The translations under genes and the position numbers were made by a program. A stretch of DNA of 64,000 nucleotides from Paraspadella gotoi (Eukaryota > Animalia > Chaetognatha). The stretch covers positions 18,535,504 to 18,599,503 of the forward strand of contig CM119270.1 in the NCBI GenBank assembly GCA_051294375.1. Reading direction: 5' to 3'. Shown here in pieces: positions 21,169-34,679 of the stretch (positions within the stretch are counted from its first letter, which is position 1; every line of letters starts with the position of its first letter). Under the pieces are notes generated by a model, which ran no database searches, was not told where the DNA came from, and worked only from the letters and a program-made list of their open reading frames with translations.

Positions 21169-24100
21169 CTAAGCGGGTCCGCCGTTCCAAGTCTCCTCCT
21201 CTTCCTCTTCCTCTTCCTTTACGTAGTTCATCGGGAAGTAGCCGATCTTCTTAGACTCGCAGCCTTGGACTTGGCCCTTCCACCAACCCCTATCCCCGCC
21301 GGCCTTGGAGACCACGGCGACCCGATCCCCGCGAGTCAAGTGGATCTGGTTCATCGCCGACGGAGAAAAGTCATAGATGGCCACGGCGTGACCGAGAATC
21401 GGGAGAAGAGTGGTGCCGGCGACGCTGCGTCGCGAAGAGGGCGTGTTGAGGCTGCGGCGCTGCCGCCCGGCGCCAGAGTTGTACGGGTGAGCGAGAGTCG
21501 AGTCGAGCCCGGGAAAACTGGAGACGAGAGAGACGGAGGAATAGAAATCCACCAAATCTTTGATCCGCGGGAAAAAGTTGATGTCGGCGATGAAGAAACC
21601 TCTTGATACCTCCCATCGGACACGGATGTGCTTGACGGAGCCGTGGAAAGCGATAGAGACGGCGTGATTGCCCTCCGCATTGCGTCGAATCATGAAGGTT
21701 CCGTCGGCGAATCCACGGAGCGCCTTGTCCGCCTCCGGCCGCTCCATACTCGGCACGTACCACGGAAAGTTCTGAAGGTTAGAGGTTTCGGTGGAAGCGG
21801 CGGAAGAGGCGGAAGAATGGCGCCGCTCGACGCCGTTGCAATGACCGGAATCGTTTCTAAAATGGGGGACGGAGTCGCCGCTGCCTTCGCTGGAGTTGTT
21901 ACCAGAGTCGTTGAGCGTCAAGGCTGGCCGGTGGTAAGCGCTTACCGGCGTCGACGGGCGAGCGCCGCGCCCGAGAGTACCCACTCCTTCCTTGACGAAA
22001 CTGGAGGGAAAGAAGCCGAAGCATTCGGGCTGATCCAAACGATGACCCTTCCACCAAAAGGGGTCCGACTTGTCGAGGACGTTGATAGAGTCGAGGGCCT
22101 CGAAAAGAACGACGGGAAGGTCGCCCGGCGTCGGATGACCTTTGTAGGCGCGGACCGCATAGACGATAGTCTTGGGAGGCTCCTGATTCGACACTTTAGA
22201 GATACAAGCCTTGTGCGCGTCCGTTTGAGTTCGGTTGCATCTAATGGTATAGAAACTTAGGATTAGGAAGAATTAAAATGATTGACTCCTGAATAAACTT
22301 ATAGTAGTAGTAAATTACAAAGGCAAATTAGATTAAGATTGATCACAACATTGGTAAGACTAAGAGATTTAACCACACAAAACCACAAAGAAAAAACCGC
22401 AGACCTGTAGCCTTGAAAAAATATGCCGTGGAGAAGCTTGTCGCAGATGCTGCAATAAGTGGGTTCGGGGAAAGTGTGAAGAGCGAACTCGTGTGTTGCG
22501 GTGCGGGCCCCGCGAGGCAACGTGTTGTCCATCGCCAGTTGGATCGCTTCAATCCACTTCCGTTTCATATCCTAAGATTTTTTAATTAATTAATCATTAA
22601 AGAACACAATTATAATTACAAAAACACGCAAGCAACACGAATTAGAACTTCAAAAATCTGGCACCTTAGTCTTGGCGTACACGGTGTAGGCGTGATTGTT
22701 GGTGGCTTCAGCGAGAACAAACTGGTGGTGCCATCTCTCGACGCCGCCGCCTCGATCCGGGTCATCCACGCGGTACTTGGAGAGATCCATGGCTCCCTTG
22801 TAGTGAAACACGTCACCCCTGGCCTTGCACATTAGGAGGACCTGAAAATGAACAGGCGGCGAATACATTTTGCCGATTTCTCACTTTTCATTCAACCCCA
22901 AATTTCTCCTCGGATATTACGATGCGCATATACCTTGTCGAAAAGAAAGATATGCCGCTGCTTCGATCTTCTATCCTCGTGCGCCCTGATGTTAACGACT
23001 CCGTCCCGCTGCAGCTTCCCGTAGTCCGTGAGCGAAGTGTTGAGCGGCATGTTGATGTCGACGATGCTGCGCTGAATCTGTCTCACGATCTGCATTGTCT
23101 CGTTGTCGCGTTTCACTTCGTTGATGTAGAGAGCAACGTCTTGCATCGCCTCCAGACAAGACTCCAGCTTCAGCTTGACGCCGTCGCCGCTGCCGCCTCC
23201 GCTGCCGCCTCCGCTGCCCCCGGGGTCGTCCTCCGTGTTCCGCAGCAACTCCTTCAGCAGAAGGGGATACTTGAGGATCCGCTGCATGGGCACGCTGAGG
23301 ATGTCTCGGAGACGGAACCGGCCCTCCTTGGCTTCGGCCTCGCAGTCCTGGATCTTGAGTCGGACGGCCTCGTTGCGTCGGGCGACGACGTCGATGTGTT
23401 CGTGGGATTCGGTCAAGAGGGCGCAGTACTTTCCGTAAGAGAGGAAGCTGCGTTTGTACTTGAGGAAGACGTCGGCGACGTCGACGGGGTAGCGCTTCCT
23501 CAGTTCCGCGTAGAACTCGTCGTGGAAGTTGCGGAGATCCTCCACGTTGATGAAGATCTTGTCCCGGTCTTCCTTGGTGATGACGTTTCTGAGGTAGGGG
23601 AAGGGGGCGAAGCAAGGCAAAGTGAATTCCAAGTCAAGGAATTCAGGAATTCAGGCTCCGTGACATTTAAGCCGGAACCGGGAGACCCAGGGATTGATCC
23701 AGGGACGCACGGTTGAAACGAGATGATTAAGCCTGCTCAGCCATTGAAACGAGGACGGACAGCAGTGAGGCAACTTTAAATCGTGCTGGCAATTCTGATC
23801 CAATTATCTTTCATTAATGGAAAATTAAATTCAATAAAGTTCGTCAGATTTTATCAAAAAATTGGGAGTTTTCATGTTTCATTTTTTTCCCCTTTTTCTA
23901 GCTTTCTCTAATTGAAATACTTTAAAATAAAACTATCGAGTTAAAAGTTCAATTCTGAATTCAACACTAAACGACTCCTGCCCCAAACATTTCTTATCTT
24001 CAACATTCCGCCCTAGCTTTACCTCAGCGGCTGCACGAACTTCTTGACGATCATCTCCAAAGCCTCGACGTAGTTCTTCTCCGTCTCCAAGAGTTCCTTC

Positions 24101-26411
24101 AGACAATGATCTCGCTTCGTCTTGGGCTGCGGAAACTCGTCCTCGTCGTCGGCGCCTTTTGTCTTGCAGATGCTGTCGTAAATCTCTTCCTCCTCTTCCT
24201 CCATCTCCGTCACAACCTGAGGCAAAAAAAAAAAGGCTAAATTTTACTTTCGCCGAAAAATTATTTAAATTTTAAAAATATTACTTAATTACCTTAACAC
24301 TAAACCCTAAACTACCCCTAAATTACTCTTAACCCTAACCCCTCCCTAACCCCGGTCGGCGAAAGTAAAAGTAACCCCCCCAATAAAAATTAAAAGTATA
24401 GTGATCTCGCCAGACGTTACTATCAATGAAAATTAATAAAAAAATCTGAAAAAAAAAAACTGAATGATTGATGCGATAACGAATTATTGATATAATAATA
24501 ATTGATTGATTGATATAATAATAATTGATTGATTTATATAATATTGATTGATTGATACAATGATAACCAAATATTGATACGATGATAACCAAATATTGAT
24601 GCGATGATAACCAAATATTGATGCGATGAAAACAAAATATTGATGCAATGATAATAAAATATTGATGCAATGAAAATCAATGGATTGATATGAAGAAAAA
24701 CAAAAGATTGATGCGATAATAACCAAATGTTGATAAAATGATAACCAAATATTGATGCGATGATAACGAAATAATGGATGTGATGATAATCATTCACTGA
24801 TGCGATAATATTCATTGATGCAATGTCAGCCATTCTTTGATGCGATGATAGTCATTCACTGATACGATGATAGTCATTCACTTATGCAATGATAATCATT
24901 CATTGTAAATAAAACAAAATGCGTGTATGAGAGAGAGAGAAAAAAAGAAAGATAAAAAAAAGATAAAAAAGCTGGACAGCCGCTGGAGAGCTAACTTGTT
25001 TTTAAACGAATCAGAAGAAGCAGCAACGGAAAAAAAAAGAGCGAAATATAATTAAAAGAAAGAGCGACATATATGTATTTAAAAGGGAAAGAGCTGGACA
25101 GCTGAACTCATCTATATATACAAAAATTTTTTTTTAAATAAAACAAATGAGTGTAAGAAGATGAAACCTCTATGATCAGAAGCCATATTTAAATTTTCAG
25201 CTTCTTATGGTTACACACTTGGGCTATTTTCAATGTTAAAATAACAACAACAACGACGACTACTATCAAAAGAAACAAAGCCTAATTCACATCTAGCCCA
25301 AGTCGGGCATTTGCACGTCTTGCGAGATAAAAAAAAAAGGGGGGGAAAAAGTTGAAACTGGTTTCGTCGCGGCGAAGGGGTGTTGAAGAATATTCTAATT
25401 CTTTTGAAATTTAAAGCGTAAGAAAAACAGGTTTCCTTGATTTGGTTGAGGGAAAATACGTATGTATGAAAATTTGCAAATTACTTGTTTCACTATTTTT
25501 CATTTTTCTATTTTAATATTTTTATGAAGGATTTAGTATTTAATCTATATTATTTATTCAAACATATATTGCTTTCTTTTTTAAAAATGTTTTATTTATC
25601 TAATAATACAATTTGGGAAGGGGAAGTCAGTGTTGTCTTCTGGAAATAGAGGGAGCATCTATACAACACAAGGTTAGATTACTATCTGTCCTAGTTTTCT
25701 AATAGATATCACACATCATTTCTGTTAGAAAGTCATTAATGAAAAATCATAATATCTAAGAGGCTGAACAGAAAGGGGTGGGAATGGATAATTTTTTGAG
25801 GGACCAACGTTATATATGATTTGTTTACCAATAGGGATAAGACTACTATGTAGAATTGTATGTTCTGATAGGGATACATACTGGGGAAAGGTCTATAGGG
25901 GCACCTTTATGTCATGAATATAATTTTAAAATACTTTAATGAAAATTTTATTTTTTCTTTATCCTATTTTTTAATTATTTCTTTTTTGAATATTTTTTAT
26001 CTTTTATGTTTATACAATGGGAAGGTCATCAGTTGGGAACCTATACCCTTCATGGATTTCGGCTCTTTAATCCCAATATCCAGGTATAGGCGAGCCATCA
26101 CCAAATGGTGATCCTTCATTGTTGCTTATCTTACATTTTAAAGGTATATCTTGAATGTTTATCTGAAACAGACCAAAGCCCTGGCATCACAGCATTATTA
26201 ATTTTAGAGAAATTTTATTAAGGTTTTGTAATAATTTGTAATTTGTAAATAAATAAAATGTATTTCGGTGAAACAAAAGAGTTGAGGACGATTCTTCGGC
26301 CATTATGGGACTTTTTTCTCGCGCTGTCTCCCTCCCCTATCTTTCTAATTCTTTGTCTCCCGCCCCCTATACTACTCCCAACTCGTCAAACTTCAAACTT
26401 CTTCTCTATTT

Positions 26412-26457
<46 letters not shown>

Positions 26458-27145
26458 CATATATCAATTAGGAAGACATTGAAAAACCACATTCCACATC
26501 CCCCCCCTACCCACCTTAACCACCTCAATCCCCAACCAACCACCCCAACCACCTCGTAAACGTCCTCCATCTCGGCATCGTCGACCCCCTTCTCCATGGC
26601 CAGACTCTCCAGCGGCATGTAGATCTCCTCCTCGACCTCCTTGGGCCGGCGACGTCGGAAGGCGTCCGGAGGAAACCCCGGGGAGACTGCGGCCAACGCC
26701 ACGGGAGACTTGGACATCTTGGCCAGAGTGCGGACGACGCTGCCGAAGTCGGAGAGGTCGTAAAGGTGGAGAGGTTCGAAGAGGTCGTCCTTGCGGAGAG
26801 CGAAGTTCGTCCGCGCCACCTGTTGGGCAATGAGAGAGAGTCAAAGCGTTAAAAGGTTAACGGTTATCATCCAAGTAAACCAACTCTCCAAACCTGCAAG
26901 AACGTCCTCACGTTATTGAGACATAAAAACTGACTCATTTGGGGGCGCTGAGCGATCCCGCGAGGCTCGACGCAGCCCGGGTTGAGTTTATTCGCCAGAT
27001 GGCATAGAATGACGCCGTCGCGAAGATGTTGCGCCAGATCGAAGACGGAGGCGTCGTGCTGCAAGGAGCGGTGATCTCGCGGAAGAACGCCGCACCGGAC
27101 GAGCCATTCCGCGCACAGGCGCCACTCTTCGGAGGTCGAAGCCAT
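21169..27145 (-). CDS. VAV: Vav guanine-nucleotide exchange factor (CH-acidic-DH-PH-C1-SH3-SH2-SH3), ~927 aa, 7 exons
   Basis: Exons 27145-26894, 26819-26553, 24216-24023, 23588-22934, 22841-22665, 22571-22405, 22240-21169 sum to an open frame. CH (WRLCAEWL, LRDGVILCHL, RPQMSQFLC), acidic Tyr motifs (EIYMPL, EDVYE, EIYDSI), DH (KRDHCLKELLETEKNY, LRDILSVPMQRILKYPLLLKEL, INEVKRDNE), PH, C1, nSH3, SH2 (WYV..GTFMIR..VKHI) and cSH3. Confidence 0.95.
24235..24376. mobile_element. MITE-like element with a 15-bp perfect inverted repeat and internal TAACCC-like repeats
   Basis: TTTTACTTTCGCCGA (24242-24256) is the exact reverse complement of TCGGCGAAAGTAAAA (24356-24370). The interior carries AACCCT/TAACCC degenerate repeats. 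Confidence 0.6.
24465..24905. repeat. Degenerate ~21-22 bp minisatellite (AATATTGATGCGATGATAACCA-like) in Vav intron 2
   Basis: Repeated ATTGATGC(G/A)ATGATAA units are directly visible. Confidence 0.8.
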
Positions 27146-28589
27146 CGTGTACGGGAAAGCGATTTTAATTTATTTGGCTTTTTTAATCAAGGCACTTTCG
27201 GGAGAATTGTTTTATAAAAGCTGTACTGGCTCGGGAGAACAATTTTTTTTTTTTACATATTAATCCTTTTTGTCTCTAAAAGTTCGTCACTTATATTTGG
27301 ATTCGGAACACATTCCGAAGGTTTCATCTAGAGAAGTAAAAACGAAATATTTTTTTCAAAAAATTCTGGGAATAACCGAATAACCCACGGAACTTTCGAT
27401 ACTCGTAATCCCGTATTTATTTCGGTTTTTGCCTTAAACTGTCTCAAGTTTCCGCCCAGGATTTCACAAATATCGCGAGGGAAAAAACAACAATCGTTTC
27501 ACCAGCCGGAGATTTTCTTTTTTTTAACTTTTTATTAACATTTTTGTGATTTTTTTTTCCCCGAGGACCTGCCCATCTCAGACAACACATGATGGCTCAC
27601 GTTGATCATCTGTTCGAAATCCTTTTCTTTTCGCGTCTCCCCTCTGGCGACCACGGACAAAACATCAATGGACAAAAGATTAAAGGTTTCTTTATGAAAA
27701 TTTAGATTAAAACTTTCAATTTTAACATCTCGAATATAAAATTAAATATATAATTTCATTTACAATCATCTTTCTTAAACTGAATCTTAAAAACATAATT
27801 CATAATAAACCTCTACTTGCCATTTGACGTATCAAATCCTAAAATTTGGGCCTTAGTTACTCGTAACTTGAAATCGAAATGATCTAATTCATCAGGAATA
27901 AACGGTTATTCACCGTTAAGCTACTTGCAGTGACATTTTTCATTTCTGTTTTATACGTAATTTTTTTTTGGTTAATAAATTCATTTTATCTATCAAATTG
28001 GTGCAACCAATATAAATTTATTCATTCATTCAAGAAAAGTTCAGGTTATATTGTGGCTAGGCCTCCATCCCTTTTACAAGATAATGACATAGCAGTACTT
28101 CCAATTAAGCTCTCAAACAGTCAAAGCCTTCATTATGAACTCCTAGATGACCTGGAATTCTCACCAATGCAATAATATAACATTTTATAAACTGTTACTA
28201 TTGTTTCTGTTTTAAACTGTTATTATTATATTTATACAAGCTGTTTCACAATAACATACTATCTCGTGAAAGAAGGCCTCAATTCGAAATAGGAATTCGT
28301 GGTTTAAGGTGAAACATTTCTTCTATTTGATGCCACAATGTTTTTCCTCATATAAACTTTAAAACAATTCAACGAAGTCACCGAAAGGGGCAAATAGCAG
28401 ATGATAACAACGATGCTAAATGAAAATCAATGAGAGGCTAGTCTAGGCTACCAAAAAAAAAATACCAACAGCATCAACGGAAGTAATCAACAGAAGGAAG
28501 GGGAAGCATTTTTTTTTATCGAGAGTAAGAAATGGAGGCGCGCCCATGGGGCGAGAAGAGGTAATAAAACACGTAACATTCACGTTATG

Positions 28590-28660
28590 GAAAAACGTCA
28601 TGATAAAACGTCATGATCAACCTTATGGTAAACGTTATGATAAACGTAATGATTAACGTA
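28590..28660. repeat. Short degenerate ~12-13 bp tandem repeat (AAACGTCATGAT-like)
   Basis: aaaacgtcatgat aaaacgtcatgat caaccttatggt aaacgttatgat aaacgtaatgat. Confidence 0.6.
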
Positions 28661-30648
28661 GCCCCACGCGCCGTAGGAAGAAAAAAGAATACGCAACAAA
28701 GAAAAAAAAACGGAACTTACTAGCAAAATTCGGGTATGTACACACAACGTAAATTCCGGGAGGGGGTGGCGGCTGGAGGGCAAGAGTTATCTTTCTAATT
28801 AAAAAGTAAACAAATGGTCAACATGGAAGATTTTAACACTACGTCTGACAACGGGTTTAACAAAGAGTTTGTGTTTGGACACAAAACCTCGCGTGTGAAA
28901 ACGAATATATTTGGATAACAGGAAATGAATAAAAAAACTTTAAGAGCAGACTAGAAAATACGCTAGAAAAAAAAAAAAAAAATAAGCTAAAAATTACGCG
29001 ACGGTTAAAGACATCCGATGGACGTTTCTTTCATTTACGCTAAAAATACATTTTCTCTTACACTTTTTTGTTCCACCACGTGATAAAAATTTGTAATATA
29101 ACAAATTTGAACAAAAATTTTGTAAAAACTGAATTCAAATTTCCTGGCTGGAAAAGAGAGCTAGGAAAGTGGGGGGGGGGGTTTGAGGCTAAGAAATCTT
29201 GAAAAGAGCAATCGAGTAAAAAAAAAAATATTCGTCAGGAAGACGAGGATAAAAAAAGTATCAAACTTTTTTTAAATTTGGTGCTTAAAAGAGCGACATC
29301 TGGAAGGAAAGGCGGAAGAAAAGGGGGGAGGGTGAAAAGGGGGAGAAAGATAGAAAAGATGGGAGGAAGAGAAGAAAGGGGAGAGGGTAAAAGAGAAGAA
29401 AGGGAAAGCGTTATACCTGATTGGCCTGATTCGTACTAAAATTCCAACGTCTCTTTGCCGGCGCGAGATTTATCGCCGGAAGTCAAGGATTTGAGTGAAA
29501 GGGGACGGGGCATGGGGAAGGGGGGGGGCGGTGACTTGGAGGAATGGGGACGGAGAGGATGAATGGCCGAAAGGGTTGGGGGACCGATGGGATGACTAAG
29601 GATGAAAGAGATGGCGAAGGGTTGGGGGACAGATGTGATGACTAAGGATGAAAGAGATGGTAAAGGGTTTAACAATAGAGAGTAACGGGGATGCAGAGGA
29701 GGGGGGGAATTAGAAGGATTGATCTCACTAAAATGTGAAATATGCTTTTTTTTTATTCGGAGTGAGGCCCATTTCACATTCGGTCACATTCGGTCACATG
29801 TCGGGCGATAGGGATTTTTTTTTTATCTTCCAGATGAATTAATGAGCGATGAACGACTCGGGGAGGAAAATCTAAATTTGAAAAAAAAAGCGTCTACGAG
29901 AAAAAAAAACAAAAACAAAAAAAACAAAAGGCAAGCGCTACTACCAAAAATAAAAACCCGAATTATGAAGTAAAAAAAAAAAGCCATTTTCAAAACGACT
30001 CGCGTGATTGTTATTAAGCGGGTTAGAGAGAAAAAAAAAGAGTAAATGAAGAAAAAAATATTGATTGTTCGTAAGGTGTTTATCTAACAAGGCACAAGCA
30101 ATGTTTTGTATACAATGAAAATGGTAAGAGTGTGTAAAACAGAAAAAGTCAAAAATTCGATTTCCGCTTAGATAGGAGGGAAGGGGGAGAGAGACAGAGA
30201 GAGACAGAGAGAGACAGAGAGAGAGAGAAAAGAAGAGAGATAGTATAAAAGCGGTTCATATTTTTTTTTTACCTCACCTGTTCGGTCTATACATACGATA
30301 GAAAATAGAAATAGGAAACTGGCGTGTATGAAGACGATAAAACTTTTTTAGCACATGAAGTTCCACTATCAAGACAACGATTCACAATTGGTTGTTATTT
30401 ATATTTCGCTTTTGAGCTTACAATTAAGACTAGCAATGTGTGGGTTCTTATGGTCGAGAAGGGTCTTTCTCTCTAACAATTTTTAAATTAAATATACACA
30501 CAAATTTTTTGAGCTGTCTTTTAAACTTTCCCCGATCCTGATAAACTTAACTATAATGTATAAAAAAATCTAACAAGACCCAAATAACTTGATGAAGCGA
30601 GACAGACAGACAAAGAGAAAGAGAGAGTGAGAAGAGAAAGAGAGAGAG

Positions 30649-30679
<31 letters not shown>

Positions 30680-31097
30680 AAGAGAGAGAGAAAGAGAGAG
30701 AGAGAAAGAGAGAGAGAGAGAAAGCAAGTCTTCCTGAAATAACCGCCGGTGGTCGAAAAACCTTTTTCTGTTTTGATAAGTGATTGTGATTTTAGCGAGA
30801 CAGACAGAGAGGGAGTGAAGATGGGAAAAGGAACGAGAAAACGACGGCGCGAACGACGATCCACGTCGCCCGCAAAATAAAAAAAAAAAAAAAAAAAAAA
30901 AAGAAGGTCTTTTGTTTTTTTCTTCGTCGGAAAACAATTGATATCACGATGCCTTTTTGTTTGTTTTGAAGTTTCCTTCCCTCTCTCATCTCGTCCCCTC
31001 ATTCGCGATCTTGAGTTCCCCCCCCAACTTTTTTTATCACTATTTATTTTCGATCACGTGACTCCCACCGCTCACTACGACGCCCCCCCTTTCTCAA

Positions 31098-34000
31098 TCA
31101 CGTGACCGAGACGGAATTCTTCGCCGTCGGCGGCGCTCCCGGCGTGAGAAGAACGGAGGGCGTGGCCATGTCGGAGAACTGAGCGCCGGGCGTCATCGCG
31201 GCAACTTGACCCGGCGACGGCAGGGCGAACGACGGGCTCAGCAGGTTCAGCGAGGGGTTCAGCAGCGCAGCTTGGCCCAGCGCCGCTGCCGAGGGAGGAA
31301 ACTGAAAGTAGGAGTGACCGGAGGACGACGGAGTGTTGGGCGGGTGAAGCGGCGACACGTTGGCGATGGGCGACAGGGTGCTCCAAAAGTTGAGACCGCC
31401 CAGGTTGAGCGGCGAACCCGGAATGGCGCCGGGCACGGCGAGGTGGGCGGCGGCGGCGGCGCCGATGGCCGGCAGTTGACTCAGCGGCGGCGGTTTGGCG
31501 CGCGTAGGCGACGGAACTGGACGGTCCACGGATTGCGTCACCACGGACCCGTTGGTCCACGGATGAGGACGCGCCCGAGCCACCGTCACGGTCGACGTTG
31601 ACATCGTCTCGTAATGATTGGGCGTCAACTTGCGAGCGGAAGTCGTCGCTAATGATGACGTGGCAGTGGGTGTGGTCAGAGTCGCCGACGATGACGACGA
31701 CGACGACGATGAAGACGACGAGTCTCTAGGCGACGACGACGCGTGTTGCATCAACAGATGTTGATGCTGATAATGTTGCTGCAAGAGGAGTTGATCCGCA
31801 TCTTCCTTGCTCCCGTTGTTGTTGTTGTTGTTGACGGCCAAGTGGAGCGGCGAAGAGTTTGGCGAGAGCCTTCGATGAGGCGAGTAATAGGATGGCGACT
31901 TCTCTCCGAAATAGTTCCTCGGCGGCGACATGTTGGATCGGATGTTGGACTGGACCAGCGGGAGCGGCGACGGGATGCGCGGGCGCCTGCGGCGCAGCGT
32001 TCCGCCGCGCTCTCTCGACGAATCGCGAGAGGCGGCGTCGCCGGCGTCACCGGCGTCGTTGGCGTCGGATTCGCGATCGCGTCGCGGCGTCGTGGGTTCT
32101 TCCTTCACTTCCGTCTCAAACGGGCGCCGCAGGAGAGTCGAGGACGCCGGAGCGGCGAAAGCGACCGCGCGTGGCGGCGGCGGAGGCGGCGGCGAAGGCG
32201 AGCGGCGATCGGAGGGTGGCGGCGGAGGAAGAGGAAGAGGAGGAGGAGGAGAAGCGTCCATTCTCACGTCGACTTCCTCCGACTCGTGGGCGGACATCGA
32301 AGGCGGCGGCGGCGTCAGCGTGAGAGACGGAACTCGCGCAGCCGTTGAAGTGTATGGAGGAAGGAGACGCGACGCCGCTTCGAGACTGATGCCCGACGGT
32401 GTCGCCAGAGTCGACGCCGGGCGGTAGATTGTCGGTCGCGCCGCAGAAGGAGATTCCGCGGCGGAGGATTGTCTGAGAGCGGCGGCTGCGGCGGCTGAAG
32501 CGGCGGCAGAGGAGGAGACCTCGGCAGACTTGCCCGGACTCGTCCCTGTCGCCGGCGTCGGAGGTGAGCGTCGATAATCGGCGAATGGAACCTTCGTCGG
32601 CGTCGTCGGTTCCACGACGGCGTCGAGCGGGGATTCCGGCGCCTCGTCTTCCGGATGATGAATCACGAGGGGTTGGGGCGATGGAAAACGCGCCTGTCCG
32701 TGTTGAAGGTCGAGAACGGCCCCGGATGGAGACTCTCGATCCTCGTGACGCCGATGAACCCCGGGACTTTCGGCGCCGGATCGTCGACTGAGGCGATGAT
32801 CGAAACCGGCGTCGTTGGATTCGAGATGGTGACGCCCCGCGGCGTGATGCATGTGATAGTGGAGGTGGTGGGGATGAACGGCTCCCACCACGCCACCTCC
32901 GACGCCAGCGACCCCGTTGTTCATGTGCGCCGGCGGTGGGCGTGGTTCCGGCGTCACAGAATCCACGCGGAGAATCGGCGACGGCGCCGTCGACCCAGGC
33001 GCCGGGCTGCTGTTGCGGCTGTTGTAGAGATCGCGTGACGACGCCCTTCCGCCGGCGTGGTTGGCGCCGGCGAGGGGCGGCGAGTAGAGCGGGTCGGCGG
33101 GCAGCGGACGAGGCGGCGCCGTCGGCGGAGGCGGCGCCGCAGCGTGGAGAGAGAGATGGAGAGCGTGGTTGGGATGAAGGAGATGGAGAGAGTCGCTCCC
33201 GGCGGAAGGAGGCGCCGTCGACGAGCCGTTGGAGGACGCCGAAGAGGCGTGCTGCCGCAAGATGGACAGGGTGTCCGGACCCGCGCCGACACTGCCGAGA
33301 TCCGACGAAGATGATCCTTCGAACGGACGTACGGACGATTCTTCCAACTCGGACGGATTCCGGTGCCGATCCGACGGCGAAGGAGAGACGCTGGGATTGG
33401 AAGGCGGATAGGAGGCGCCGGGGAAGTGGCGGATTCCGGCGCGGCTATCCGGACGATCCACTTCGATCTGATGAGGACGAAAGAAGTGAATAAGATTTGG
33501 TGTCATTAATTAAGCTCGATCAAACCTTAATCAATTCAGTGTAGAAAATCTTTTGTATTTTCTATCCGGGGTAACAAAATATCTTTCAGTATGTTTTCTT
33601 TAAGTTCTCTTAAATACATCATTTATAATTATATTAAATATTTTTAAATATAAAAACTTGCATTAATTGGCAACAACGATCGTTGTTGCCAATTAATTCA
33701 AATTTCTCTCTAATCTCTAATCACAACGAAAGAAAGGATTATAGTTTATACAACACAATCTAAAAACTGAAAATAGTGACACGAGTAATTTTACAATATT
33801 CAAGAACTTAAGGTTTATTTTATTCCTTCCTTCCTTTCATCCTTTTTTTGCTCCAAATTCATTTTTTGCTCATTTTCTCCCTTTGCCCCACTTCTTCTTT
33901 TTCCAATTCGCTTCTCTACTCCAGTATCAACTACCTCTTTCGCTCCATTTCTCCTTCTCCCTCCATCGCTCCTCTTCTCCCAGCTCCTCTTTCCCCGCTC

Positions 34001-34583
34001 ACCTTCGGAGTGATGGGGCGCCGTTCGGACGTGGAGTAAATCGAGGCGCCGCTCGGGGACGCCGAAGGCACGAGCGGCGTCGGCGAGGGCGCCGAGGCGT
34101 GGCCGACGGCGCCGTGGCCGGCCAATCCGGCGCCGACTCCGCCGCCGGCGCCGAGATGATGCGGCGGCGGCGGCGGACCGGGATAGAGTTGGTGATGAGG
34201 ATGATGATGATGAGGAAATTGGAAGCTGAGAAAAGGCAACGGCGGATTGGAAGGGAGAAGGGAAGCGGGCGGCAGAACGGGACGATCGCGTTGGAGGGAT
34301 TCCATCTTGACGCGGAAGGGAACCTGAAGTTGGAGCGAAACGGAGTTTGTATGTCGATGTCGATATTAAACGATAGATAGTAAGAAGGATAAGGATAAAT
34401 TTCACTTAAAATACCCGTAAATGGTTAGAATTATCAATTTCAGTCAATGATGCCAAGGTCAGTCGTAGGAATTTAAAAAGTCAAAAAATCCATAAATCAA
34501 TAGATAAATTAATCTCGCAATCAGTAAAAATAACCATAAATAAATTATTCAATTAATCAAACCGCCAATAACTAAATAAATTC

Positions 34584-34679
<96 letters not shown>

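Noticed and set aside
24465-24905. Regular repeats resembling a CRISPR array
   Set aside because: Degenerate head-to-tail minisatellite without unique spacers, in a eukaryotic intron with no cas genes.
33460-33488. CTGATGAGGACGAAA hammerhead-like core
   Set aside because: Stem II would be 1 bp with a 2-nt loop, there is no stem I or NUH, and it is the antisense of the Elk splice acceptor.
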